47,023 nucleotides of DNA from a virus (taxonomy: Duplodnaviria; Caudoviricetes): IMG/VR virus record IMGVR_UViG_3300024232_000020, positions 1 through 47,023 of that record. The stretch is one strand, 5' to 3'. A program made the position numbers and the translations under genes. Positions within the stretch are counted from its first letter, which is position 1; the number at the start of each line of letters is the position of its first letter. This document shows positions 8,244-17,103 of the stretch, one piece after another. The notes under the pieces are model-generated. The model was not told where the DNA came from and made no database searches. It saw nothing but the letters and a program-made list of their open reading frames with translations.

Positions 8244-8591
8244 GTGGCTTGCAAGTACTGCACCCAGAAACTTTTTGACAAACTCGACAGCATTGAAGCA
8301 AAACTCACGAAAATAGGAGACAAAATGGCAGCATTAGACGATCAAATCACAGCACTTACTGCGCAGGTCGCGCAAAACACCACCGTTGAGAAATCGGCGC
8401 TGGCACTCATCAATGGATTCGCTGCGCAACTCGCCGCCGCTATTGCTGCTGCGCAGGCTGCGGGCGCAACCACAGCGCAACTGAAGGCCCTCAGCGATCT
8501 GGGAACCAGTCTCAAATCGAGCGATGACGAATTGGCCGCCGCAGTTGCAGCCAACACGCCGGCCGCACCGCCAAACCCTTCCGTCCCGTAA
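8244..8591 (+). CDS. Ala-rich coiled-coil protein
   Basis: LTAQVAQNTTVEKSA..LI.G...LAAAVAANTP; an alternative start with AGGAG RBS exists at MAALDD. Confidence 0.65.
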   Translation: MACKYCTQKLFDKLDSIEAKLTKIGDKMAALDDQITALTAQVAQNTTVEKSALALINGFAAQLAAAIAAAQAAGATTAQLKALSDLGTSLKSSDDELAAAVAANTPAAPPNPSVP

Positions 8592-8600
8592 GGATAACCA

Positions 8601-8936
8601 ATGCAATCAATCACGCTCACCGACACGCAATCAGTAATCGTCACGGCAAACCCAGTTGACGCAGAGGGCGCGCCTGGCGTTCTCTTAGCAGGCGCAGGAG
8701 ACACCCCGCCGTCTTCCAGTGATCCCGCAGTGGCTACGGTATCAGAAGATCCTGCCAATCATCTAAGCCTGAAGGTGGTTGCGGTAGCTCCAGGGACGAC
8801 CATTGTCACTGGAAGGGGTGCATCGCCCAGCGGCGCCGTATTCTCAGATCCTTTTCAGGTCACGGTAACGGGTGGGCCGGCCGTGGGTTTTAACTATACT
8901 TTCGGAACGCCGTTCACGACGCCCACGGCTCCGTGA
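8601..8936 (+). CDS. Ig-like (BIG2-type) domain protein
   Basis: SSSDPAVATVS...VVAVAPGTTIVT motif. Confidence 0.7.
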   Translation: MQSITLTDTQSVIVTANPVDAEGAPGVLLAGAGDTPPSSSDPAVATVSEDPANHLSLKVVAVAPGTTIVTGRGASPSGAVFSDPFQVTVTGGPAVGFNYTFGTPFTTPTAP

Positions 8937-9087
8937 AACGAACAATAAGGCGTGCTAATCTAAGTCATGGAACAGAATTGCGCTCGACGTTTCCAATCGG
9001 GTGAGCGATTCAAAGGCGCCACGGCTCGGAAGGCTGGGCGCCTTTCTTCATTTGCAGGAACCCATGATAGACTGTAACCCATAGAGA

Positions 9088-9468
9088 ATGCAGTGCACGG
9101 CCAAAAGCAGTCGTACTGGGAAACCTTGCCAGCGACCTGCGATCCTGGGTGGTAATGTTTGCCGAAGTCATGGCGGTGCGGCTCCGCAAGTAAAGGCTTC
9201 CGCGGCGCAGCGTCTTGCGGCTTTGGTCGACCCGGCACTTGGCGTTCTCGCGGCAAACATGAAGGACCGTAGAAAGAACCCTGCCGTCGCGCAGCGCGCC
9301 GCGGAAGACGTTCTCGATCGAGCGGTTGGGAGAACGCCAGAAACAATCAAACTGGTAGGCAGCGGAGAAAACGGACAGATTCAGGTGGAAGACGTTGCAG
9401 TCGCAGAACTTATCCGTAGAGACATTGCTCGCATTAGAGCCCGAAGCGGTCAGGGAAGAGATTCTTAG
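9088..9468 (+). CDS. terS: terminase small subunit (HGG zinc-finger type)
   Basis: CTAKSSRTGKPC..PA..G..VCRSHGG; A..RAAEDVLDR; lies directly before terL. Confidence 0.75.
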   Translation: MQCTAKSSRTGKPCQRPAILGGNVCRSHGGAAPQVKASAAQRLAALVDPALGVLAANMKDRRKNPAVAQRAAEDVLDRAVGRTPETIKLVGSGENGQIQVEDVAVAELIRRDIARIRARSGQGRDS

Positions 9469-10735
9469 CCGCTATTCTGAGGCTCAACTGAAAGAGCTTC
9501 GTTACGATTGGGATGGCTACAAGGCTCGTCCTAATCAGGTAATTCCGCCTGGCTCGTGGAGATTGTGGCTGATTCAGGCTGGCCGCGGCTGGGGAAAGAC
9601 GCGCACTGGTGCCGAAGCTGTTCGCAAGTGGGTTAAGCAGGGGTATCGGCGCATCCACCTTGTCGGCGCCACAGCCGGCGACACGCGCGACGTTATGGTT
9701 CAGGGCGAATCAGGGCTACTGAACTGCTTTCCGTCGCATCTAAGACCCGTTTACGAACCATCAAAGCGGCTGATCACGTTCTACACGGGCGCAGTGGCCT
9801 ATCTGTTCAGCGCTGACGAACCAGAGCGACTCCGCGGCCCGCAATGCGAATGCTTCTGGGCAGATGAGATTGCGGCTTGGCGCTTCGGGCAGGACGCTTG
9901 GGATAACCTGATGTTCGGATTCCGGCTCGGGAACGATCCGCGCGGCGTAATCACGACCACACCGAAGCCGATTCAATTACTGAAGGACATCATCAAAGAC
10001 CCGAATACGTTCGTCACTCGATCATCAAGCTATGATAACCGCGTCAATCTGGCGCCCGCGTTCTTCGATTCGATCATTCGAAAGTATGAAGGAACGCGCC
10101 TCGGCCGGCAGGAACTCGAGGCGGAACTGCTCGAAGATATCCCAGGTGCGCTATGGACGCGGGGAGTAATCGACGCCTATCGCATAAAGCTTGGCGAGGT
10201 TCGCTGGGACCTGCTAACGCGCATCGTAGTGGCGATCGATCCAGCGGTAACGACCGGGGAAGACTCGGACGACACCGGCATTATCGTTGCCGGCCTAACG
10301 GTGAGCCAGCATATTGTGGTAATCGAGGACCTGACATGCAAGGAATCGCCTTTAGGCTGGGCACGCATCGCGGTGGCAGCGTTCAAAAAGTACCGCGCTG
10401 ACCGAATCGTGGGCGAAGTAAACAACGGCGGCGACCTCGTTGAAGCGAACATTCGAGCCGTGGCGCCCGAGATTTCCTTCCGTGCGGTGCGTGCGTCCCG
10501 CGGCAAGGCTGTGCGCGCCGAGCCAGTAGCAGCGCTTTACGAGCAGGGCCGGGTGCATCACGTTGGCTCAATGGTGGAGCTAGAAGACCAGCTATGCGCG
10601 TGGACTCCGCAGGGAAACGAGAAGTCGCCAGATCGCATGGACGCGCTTGTGTGGGCCATCACGGAATTACTAATCGATCAGGAGACGCAGAGCTTCACTT
10701 ATCTGCGGGACATCGAGCAAATATCACCGTACTAG
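9395..10735 (+). CDS. terL: terminase large subunit
   Basis: Walker A AGRGWGKT, Walker B FWADE, coupling motif TTTP, nuclease AIDPA and SPDRMDA. Confidence 0.97.
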   Translation: MQSQNLSVETLLALEPEAVREEILSRYSEAQLKELRYDWDGYKARPNQVIPPGSWRLWLIQAGRGWGKTRTGAEAVRKWVKQGYRRIHLVGATAGDTRDVMVQGESGLLNCFPSHLRPVYEPSKRLITFYTGAVAYLFSADEPERLRGPQCECFWADEIAAWRFGQDAWDNLMFGFRLGNDPRGVITTTPKPIQLLKDIIKDPNTFVTRSSSYDNRVNLAPAFFDSIIRKYEGTRLGRQELEAELLEDIPGALWTRGVIDAYRIKLGEVRWDLLTRIVVAIDPAVTTGEDSDDTGIIVAGLTVSQHIVVIEDLTCKESPLGWARIAVAAFKKYRADRIVGEVNNGGDLVEANIRAVAPEISFRAVRASRGKAVRAEPVAALYEQGRVHHVGSMVELEDQLCAWTPQGNEKSPDRMDALVWAITELLIDQETQSFTYLRDIEQISPY

Positions 10736-10747
10736 TCACATTGAACC

Positions 10748-10776
10748 TTGCCACGTACAAGAGAGTCTGCTAGTGT
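10748..10776 (+). promoter_or_regulatory. promoter TTGCCA-17-TAGTGT (leaderless, HNH gene)
   Basis: ATG at 10784, 7 nt after the -10 box. Confidence 0.5.
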
Positions 10777-10783
10777 TCAGGAA

Positions 10784-11200
10784 ATGAGAAATCCGTACGG
10801 CCCAGATAGGAAGCAATGTCGCGCATGTAGCGCCATTCTTCCCGTCGCGGATTTTTGGCCACTCACGGCTGTTTGTAAGAAGTGTAGGAAGCTCAAGCAA
10901 GACGTGATAAACGCTCGCAATCGGGAAAGCTTAAACGCGAGCAGTCGAGCCTATTATCAACGAAATAAACAGTCGGTTATGGCAAATCAGCGCAGGGCTA
11001 TGGCTGCTCGCCCATTTGTTAAACGAGCACAGAAAAAAGTGCTTCGGGCAATTAAATCAGGCAGGCTTACACCCAAGCCGTGCGAGAGATGCGGATCAAC
11101 ATGGAAGATCCATGTTGATCACCCCGATTATTCAAAACCGTTAGAGGTTGTCTGGCTGTGTCCAAAGTGCCATCGACAGGAGCATCGAAGTGCATCCTAG
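10784..11200 (+). CDS. HNH-type endonuclease
   Basis: CRAC..CKKC N-terminus; PCERCG...HVDHPDYSKPLEVVWLCPKCHRQEH. Confidence 0.85.
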   Translation: MRNPYGPDRKQCRACSAILPVADFWPLTAVCKKCRKLKQDVINARNRESLNASSRAYYQRNKQSVMANQRRAMAARPFVKRAQKKVLRAIKSGRLTPKPCERCGSTWKIHVDHPDYSKPLEVVWLCPKCHRQEHRSAS

Positions 11201-12011
11201 GGTTCTGGCAATCTGCCTCACGGCTAATCGCGTGGAAATGACTCGCAGGGCTGTTGCCTCCTTCGTCAGCCAGACATATCAAAACAAGAAAATGCTTATT
11301 TGGGATAGCGGAGAGTTGAGTTGCGATTTTGGCCAGCCAGGTGTTGTGCATGTTCCCGCGCCGCAGGGGTTAACTATCGGCAGTCTGAGAAATGCCGCTC
11401 TTTCGTTTTGGACTGAATACGATATTGCTATAACATTCGACTCCGATGACTGGAGTCATGCGAACAGGATAAGCGAGCAGGTTGCTTATCTTCAAAGCAG
11501 TGGGGCTGATTGCGTCGGATTCGACGAGCTGCTTTTTTGGCTAACGTGTGAAGTTTGCGACAACGGCAAGCAAAACATTCTGCCGCGCTGCCCCGCTTGC
11601 GGCATCTCCTACGATCCATTTCGCGAATCAAACGGCGAAGCGTGGCTCTACTCACACAACCGCGTCCCGAACAGGCACGCACCGGGCACATCGTTCTGCT
11701 ACTGGCGCAAGTTCTGGGAGCGTAACCCGTTCAAGGATCTGCCAAAGAACAATGAGTCGACGGGTGAGGACGTGCCATTCTTGGACAATGCGAAATTGGC
11801 GACGCGCTCGGCGATGTTCAATCCAATGCCGAACGATTTAGCGGGGCAGGTAAAATGGGTGCATGATCCAGCGCCAAACTTTGAGCCGCGCATGATCTGC
11901 TCGATTCATGGAGGAAACACCATGCACTACGATCAAATCGAGAAAAAGTCGCAGAACTGGCGGCGGGCTCCTGAGTTCGACAAGTATTGCAGAAAGGTAA
12001 TGGCGCTGTAA
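11190..12011 (+). CDS. GT2-like (GT-A) glycosyltransferase with zinc-ribbon insertion
   Basis: AVASFVSQTY, TIGSLRN, FDSDDW (DxD), GED; AGGAG RBS before GTG 11190. Confidence 0.85.
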   Translation: MHPRVLAICLTANRVEMTRRAVASFVSQTYQNKKMLIWDSGELSCDFGQPGVVHVPAPQGLTIGSLRNAALSFWTEYDIAITFDSDDWSHANRISEQVAYLQSSGADCVGFDELLFWLTCEVCDNGKQNILPRCPACGISYDPFRESNGEAWLYSHNRVPNRHAPGTSFCYWRKFWERNPFKDLPKNNESTGEDVPFLDNAKLATRSAMFNPMPNDLAGQVKWVHDPAPNFEPRMICSIHGGNTMHYDQIEKKSQNWRRAPEFDKYCRKVMAL

Positions 12012-12808
12012 TGTCGGTCTGGTTTGTGCTGCCGTCTGCGCGGCCCGTCAATGAGGCTGCTCCCGTTATCGCTCAATGGAAGGCGCAGGGCTACAGAATA
12101 GCCCTATGGCGCAACGATGACGCATATCATGCCGACTTCGGGTTAGAGGGTGGCGACCATAGCGATAAGGTAGTCAGCCCCGGTTATTATCCCGGATATG
12201 CCACGGTCGTTAATGAGCTCGCTAAGATCGTTTTGAAAGACGATCCTGAATGTGATTGGATCGTGTGTGCCGGGGATGACACGCTTCCTGATCCAAACAA
12301 GCGAGCGGATGAAATAGCGGCTGAATGCTCGAAGTACTTTAGATATAAAACACCGCCGCCTGAAGGTCTACAAGCGGATCAGCAATACGATTGGAGGGTG
12401 GCGCACAAAACCTTCGGAGTAATGCAACCGACCGGCGATCCCTGGGAAGACTCACACCCAGGAGAGAAGCGGCTCATCCGGCGCGTGGCTGGTTCGCCGT
12501 GGCTGGGTCGCGCTTGGTGTGAGCGTGCGAATCAAGGCAAAGGCCCGCTGTGGCCAGAGTACACGCATCAATTCGTTGATGAAGAACTTCAGAACGTCGC
12601 TATTAAGCTCGGAGTATTCTGGCAGCGCGAAGACCTCACGCACCTGCATCAACATTGGGGAAGACCTAAGCCTGGAGAGCTCATGGGGCACTCGCGAAAC
12701 ATGCCCGAGTTCCTTAAAGAAGCCAACTCGGAGGAGCACTGGAATAAGTTCAAGGCTCTGTTTGAGAGCCGGAAGGCGGCGGGTTTCCCTGGCCATGAAC
12801 CGCTTTAG
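12011..12808 (+). CDS. GT-A fold glycosyltransferase
   Basis: WIVCAGDDTLPD (xDD), Y.H.FVD.EL..VA..LG, H.HQHW. Confidence 0.75.
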   Translation: MSVWFVLPSARPVNEAAPVIAQWKAQGYRIALWRNDDAYHADFGLEGGDHSDKVVSPGYYPGYATVVNELAKIVLKDDPECDWIVCAGDDTLPDPNKRADEIAAECSKYFRYKTPPPEGLQADQQYDWRVAHKTFGVMQPTGDPWEDSHPGEKRLIRRVAGSPWLGRAWCERANQGKGPLWPEYTHQFVDEELQNVAIKLGVFWQREDLTHLHQHWGRPKPGELMGHSRNMPEFLKEANSEEHWNKFKALFESRKAAGFPGHEPL

Positions 12809-13688
12809 CTTTTCTACTTTCGTAATGAACCGACCTGCTGAGCAGCCAGACTGGACGCCACCCCGCACCGGCCTGGCACGCACCAACCACGATAGCTGTA
12901 TCGTTGGCTGCGGCATCGGCCTGCACTACCGCAAGGCGCTACGCTCCACGGTAAATCACTGCGAAGTGTACTGCCCCGAAGCATGGAAGCTCTGGTATGA
13001 CGATTATCCGATCGGCTGCCCAACGCATCGCGATAATCCGTACGCCTTCAAGATATTCGCTTTGCAACGCGTAATCGACGCAGGATTCCGCTACGTTCTG
13101 TGGATGGATACGAGCTTTCAGCCAATCGGATCAATAGAACCTCTGTGGAAGCACATCGAGGAGCACGGCTGGTTCGCGGCGAAGCAGGGCGATTCAATGC
13201 TGGGCGAGTGGATCAGCGATCATGCACTGGGATTGTGCAGCGGCGCCCGCGATGAATTGATGAACGTCCCTCTGGTTTACACCGGCATCGTTGGATTGGA
13301 TTTGGGAAACGCGGTTACTCGCCGGCTGATCTGGGAGCCTTGGAAAGAAGCAATGCAGCTAGGTGTGTTCCGCGGCGCCCACTTCAATGCACCGATCGGC
13401 GAGCAATGGGAAGCGGGTCACAAATGGCACGGCTGGTGCTCGGAAGATTCACGATGCAAGGGCCATCGGCATGATGAAGCGGCGCTATCGTACATCCTGC
13501 ACGCGGGCGGCTACAAAGTTGAGGCTAGCCCGTTCTTGACGCTGGAGAACGAGAAGGGGTTTATCGGCCACATGGTTCCTGATTACGACGTGGTGAAGCT
13601 TCGCGAAGCCACGCTCAACTTGGCATCGTGGGTTGACGGTGACTTTGGCTATAAAAACCAAGAGAGCGTGAGGGATCTGTGCCTGTAA
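12795..13688 (+). CDS. putative nucleotide-sugar transferase (GT-A-like), paralogue 1
   Basis: PYAFK, VLWMDTS, GHRHDEAALS. Confidence 0.7.
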   Translation: MNRFSFSTFVMNRPAEQPDWTPPRTGLARTNHDSCIVGCGIGLHYRKALRSTVNHCEVYCPEAWKLWYDDYPIGCPTHRDNPYAFKIFALQRVIDAGFRYVLWMDTSFQPIGSIEPLWKHIEEHGWFAAKQGDSMLGEWISDHALGLCSGARDELMNVPLVYTGIVGLDLGNAVTRRLIWEPWKEAMQLGVFRGAHFNAPIGEQWEAGHKWHGWCSEDSRCKGHRHDEAALSYILHAGGYKVEASPFLTLENEKGFIGHMVPDYDVVKLREATLNLASWVDGDFGYKNQESVRDLCL

Positions 13689-14209
13689 GCGACCTCCATT
13701 CCTTTTCCGACATCGCCATCGAGATTCAGCGCATCGCTCCGCGCTCCGTGCTCGATTTGGGCGTCGGCTACGGCCTTTACGGTGCACTCTGCCGGCAGAT
13801 CATGGACGGCCAGAACGGGCGTTGCCATCCGGCGAAGTGGAAAGGTGTACTTCGTGGCGTGGAGGCGTGGAAGGATTACCAGAACCCATGCTGGGAAGCG
13901 TACAACGCTGTGCAGATCGCGGAAATAAAAGGCCGATGGGTTGGCTACGATCTAGTTCTTATGATCGATGTTCTTGAGCATTTCGATATGCAGCGCGGCC
14001 GAGAAGTTCTGCGTGAGGCGGTAATGGGAAACAAGCACGTAATCGTCTCGGTACCCAATGGATTGATGGAGCAAGGCGCAGCGTTCGGGAACCCGTACGA
14101 AACGCACAGACACACATTCCATGGCATGGAAGAATTTAAGGACTACAATTTCAAGCTGATCCACCAGAGTGTATGTACGGTGGTGTCGATTGAGGGGATG
14201 AAGAAATGA
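13679..14209 (+). CDS. class I SAM-dependent methyltransferase
   Basis: VLDLGVGYG; YDLVLMIDVLEH; VIVSVPN. Confidence 0.9.
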   Translation: MPVSDLHSFSDIAIEIQRIAPRSVLDLGVGYGLYGALCRQIMDGQNGRCHPAKWKGVLRGVEAWKDYQNPCWEAYNAVQIAEIKGRWVGYDLVLMIDVLEHFDMQRGREVLREAVMGNKHVIVSVPNGLMEQGAAFGNPYETHRHTFHGMEEFKDYNFKLIHQSVCTVVSIEGMKK

Positions 14210-15009
14210 TTTACCGCTCGAACCTGACGTGTCCCGACCTCACGAGTCACTTCAAGCATCTGAGCGTTCGCCCGATGCCGCACAGCTTCGGGCATGACGT
14301 ACCGAGCGACTGGGCTGATAAGGCTGTCGATGATCCGGTATTTGGGCTGTACAAGAACTGCGGCATGTGGACGCACGATGAGGCGGCGATTCTGTACAAC
14401 GTGGCGCGAGAAACCAATGGCCAGTGGCTAGACGTGGGCTCGCATACTGGATGGACCACGCGGCACATAATGGCCGGAACGCTGCATCTAGTGCACATGG
14501 TCGATCCAATGTACGGGCTACCGGAATTTACGGACCGCATGTACGATAACGTGTTTAGGTCTGCTGATCCGAAGTGGCTCGGATCAGCACAATGCTTTGG
14601 CAGCATCCCATGCGGAATCCCTAGCGATGTTTTTTGGGAGCATTTTACCGACTTCGGATTAGACGAGGCTGGTAATAGGGTTTGTCCAAATACCTTCGCT
14701 GGAATCTGCATCGACGGCGACCACGAACCAGGCGCACCACTTCAGGACGCCATGAACGCAGCAAAGCACCTTGCGGATACGGGCGTGATTATCTTTCACG
14801 ACTTCATCGGCGCACCAGTGCGCGAGGGCGTACGGTATCTCATGGAACTGGGGTTCCATTGTCGTGTGTTTCAGACCCCGCATATGATAGGGCTGTGCTG
14901 GCGTGGCGACTTTGTTCCACCCGATCACGTGCCCGACCCGCAGTTGGTGGAGCAGTTGAAGCCGCACATTGCGGCGATGACAGACTTCCCGTTCGAAAGG
15001 TGTGAATGA
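14206..15009 (+). CDS. SAM-dependent methyltransferase (Methyltransf_24-like)
   Basis: WLDVGSHTGWT; ICIDGDH; GVIIFHD. Confidence 0.85.
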   Translation: MIYRSNLTCPDLTSHFKHLSVRPMPHSFGHDVPSDWADKAVDDPVFGLYKNCGMWTHDEAAILYNVARETNGQWLDVGSHTGWTTRHIMAGTLHLVHMVDPMYGLPEFTDRMYDNVFRSADPKWLGSAQCFGSIPCGIPSDVFWEHFTDFGLDEAGNRVCPNTFAGICIDGDHEPGAPLQDAMNAAKHLADTGVIIFHDFIGAPVREGVRYLMELGFHCRVFQTPHMIGLCWRGDFVPPDHVPDPQLVEQLKPHIAAMTDFPFERCE

Positions 15010-15596
15010 CGAATTATTCTCAGTACGATGAGCAGGAGCACATCCTGAAAGCGTTTCCCGACAAGAAAGACGGACGCTTTTTAGAGATTGGCTCCTGGCA
15101 CCCGACAGACAAATCCAACGTGCGTGCGCTATTCGAGCTCGGATGGTCTGGCGTCTGCATCGAGCCTTCACCGGGGCCGCTGCTCAATCTGCTGAACGAG
15201 TACGGCGATGAGCCGCGCATCGCGCTTGTCGCGGCAGCGGTGGGCGTGGAACCCGGCATGGTTCACATGCACGTGACTGACGACGCTGTTTCATCCTCTG
15301 ATCGCCAGCAGTACGATACGTGGAAGGAAATCACGAAGTTTCGCGGCATGCTTCACGTGCCGGTGATCACTTGGCACGATATTACGAATCGGTGGGGCGG
15401 GTTCAATTTTGTCAGTCTGGATGCGGAGGGTACTTCTGCGGAGCTATTTTTAGCTCTTTTGGCGGCCGGACTTCAGCCAGACTGTATTTGCGTCGAGCAT
15501 GATAATCGGCTCGAAGAACTTTGTTCTGCCGCTACGCCGCTCCATTATAACTTGACATACGCCAACGGGACGAACGCAATTTTCGTCAGGAAATAA
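15006..15596 (+). CDS. FkbM-family methyltransferase
   Basis: YSQYDE, FLEIGS, SN, GWSGVCIEP, SLDAEG, ICVEH. Confidence 0.9.
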   Translation: MTNYSQYDEQEHILKAFPDKKDGRFLEIGSWHPTDKSNVRALFELGWSGVCIEPSPGPLLNLLNEYGDEPRIALVAAAVGVEPGMVHMHVTDDAVSSSDRQQYDTWKEITKFRGMLHVPVITWHDITNRWGGFNFVSLDAEGTSAELFLALLAAGLQPDCICVEHDNRLEELCSAATPLHYNLTYANGTNAIFVRK

Positions 15597-15599
15597 ACG

Positions 15600-16073
15600 A
15601 TGGGCTGGCCAATAAAGGGTAGACCTACTCACGGACAGGCTGGGACCAGAGTTCACCGTATCTGGAAGAACATGAAAAACCGTTGCCTAAATCCGCGTGG
15701 TCAGGATTATAGATATTACGGAGGACGCGGCATCACGGTTTGCGAGAGATGGCGCAAGTTCGAAAACTTTCTTGCGGACATGGGGCAACCGCCAGCGGGA
15801 ATGTCTATTGAGCGCCTCGACAACGATGGCAACTACGAACCGGGCAATTGCAAGTGGGCTACCATCCTTGAACAGGCCAGGAATCGTAGGCCATGTCGGC
15901 TGACATGCGAGTGTGGACGATGCAGAAAGTGCAGAGTGCGTGAGAGAAATCGTGAGAGGAAAAAGGAAATAGCAGCCGGAACGTACGTTGCTCCTGTCAT
16001 GTGCGGGTGTGGAATTTGCAGAACTTGTTATGCGCGCGAATGGGCGCGCAGGAAGAGACAAAAATCAGCATGA
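15600..16073 (+). CDS. HNH-related homing endonuclease with Cys-rich tail
   Basis: W.NMK.RC...[22 protein letters not shown]...[20 protein letters not shown]. Confidence 0.9.
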   Translation: MGWPIKGRPTHGQAGTRVHRIWKNMKNRCLNPRGQDYRYYGGRGITVCERWRKFENFLADMGQPPAGMSIERLDNDGNYEPGNCKWATILEQARNRRPCRLTCECGRCRKCRVRERNRERKKEIAAGTYVAPVMCGCGICRTCYAREWARRKRQKSA

Positions 16074-16861
16074 GAGCCATTATTTCAGTAGCAACCGGAT
16101 CGTACGTGCGCGGGCTTGATCGCCTGACGGAGTGGTGCGCTTTGAACGGCGTCGATTACGTGACGTTCCGCGACCGTCTGCCGGAAGGCTCACCGACTCA
16201 CCAGGACGTGCCGTATGCTTTCAAGGCCCACGCGCTGGCGGCAGCATCCACGGCGTGCGATACGCTGCTGTGGTGCGATTCCTCCGTCGTGCCGATTCGC
16301 TCGCTTGATCCGCTGTGGGAACGCATCGAGCGAGATGGCTACTGGATCGCGAACAACGGCTGGACGAATTACGAGTGGACGGCGGACAGTGCGTACCCGG
16401 ATTTGTTCCCAGAATTATTTCGTCGGCAAAGATACGGACCAATTGGTCCCCCATCTTCATGGGAAGAGAAACGCGCTAGCGATGAATGGCAAATTAGGGA
16501 TGAAAACAAGCGCATCCCGCACGTGGTGGCGACCACCTTCGGTATCTCTCTGGCGCATCCCACAGGGCGAGCCATATTTGAGGAGTACTACCGACTAGCC
16601 AGCAAGACCAAGGCATTCTGCGGGCCGTGGACGAACGATAATTACAGAATTGAGCCGTGCGACCACGCCGAATGGAAGGGCGAACGAAACGCACCGTGCG
16701 GGCCTTCCGACGTGCGAGGCCATCGCCATGACCAAACGGCGCTCTCAGTCATCGCATGGCGGCTGGGCTGCCAACTAACAAGCTGCCCTGATATCTTCGC
16801 GTATCATGATCCAAAGAAGGAGCCGGACGAACGAACCATCCTTCTAGCGAAAGGGATCTGA
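16070..16861 (+). CDS. putative nucleotide-sugar transferase (GT-A-like), paralogue 2
   Basis: [28 protein letters not shown]. Confidence 0.7.
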   Translation: MRAIISVATGSYVRGLDRLTEWCALNGVDYVTFRDRLPEGSPTHQDVPYAFKAHALAAASTACDTLLWCDSSVVPIRSLDPLWERIERDGYWIANNGWTNYEWTADSAYPDLFPELFRRQRYGPIGPPSSWEEKRASDEWQIRDENKRIPHVVATTFGISLAHPTGRAIFEEYYRLASKTKAFCGPWTNDNYRIEPCDHAEWKGERNAPCGPSDVRGHRHDQTALSVIAWRLGCQLTSCPDIFAYHDPKKEPDERTILLAKGI

Positions 16862-17103
16862 TGCCGATCTTCGTTGAGCCGCTAGACCCGCGATACGCCG
16901 AAGTGGACGCCGTTATCTCTGAAATCTCGGCAGTCCTTAGAAAGCACAAATGCTGCCTCGCGGCGAAAGAAGGGCAGGCGTTTCTGCTGATTAAGTACGA
17001 CAACGATATCAATCCACGGCCACTGGCTGAAGTCTTCAGGATCGACCGCGAGTACATGGAAATCGTCAGGAAATTTGCAGATCCACGGATTGTCAAAACA
17101 TGA
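16861..17103 (+). CDS. hypothetical protein
   Basis: TGATG and ATGA couplings. Confidence 0.6.
   Translation: MPIFVEPLDPRYAEVDAVISEISAVLRKHKCCLAAKEGQAFLLIKYDNDINPRPLAEVFRIDREYMEIVRKFADPRIVKT

Noticed and set aside
12519-12794. N-terminal extension of the 389-aa ORF
   Set aside because: It overlaps the upstream GT in another frame; ATG 12795 fits the operon coupling
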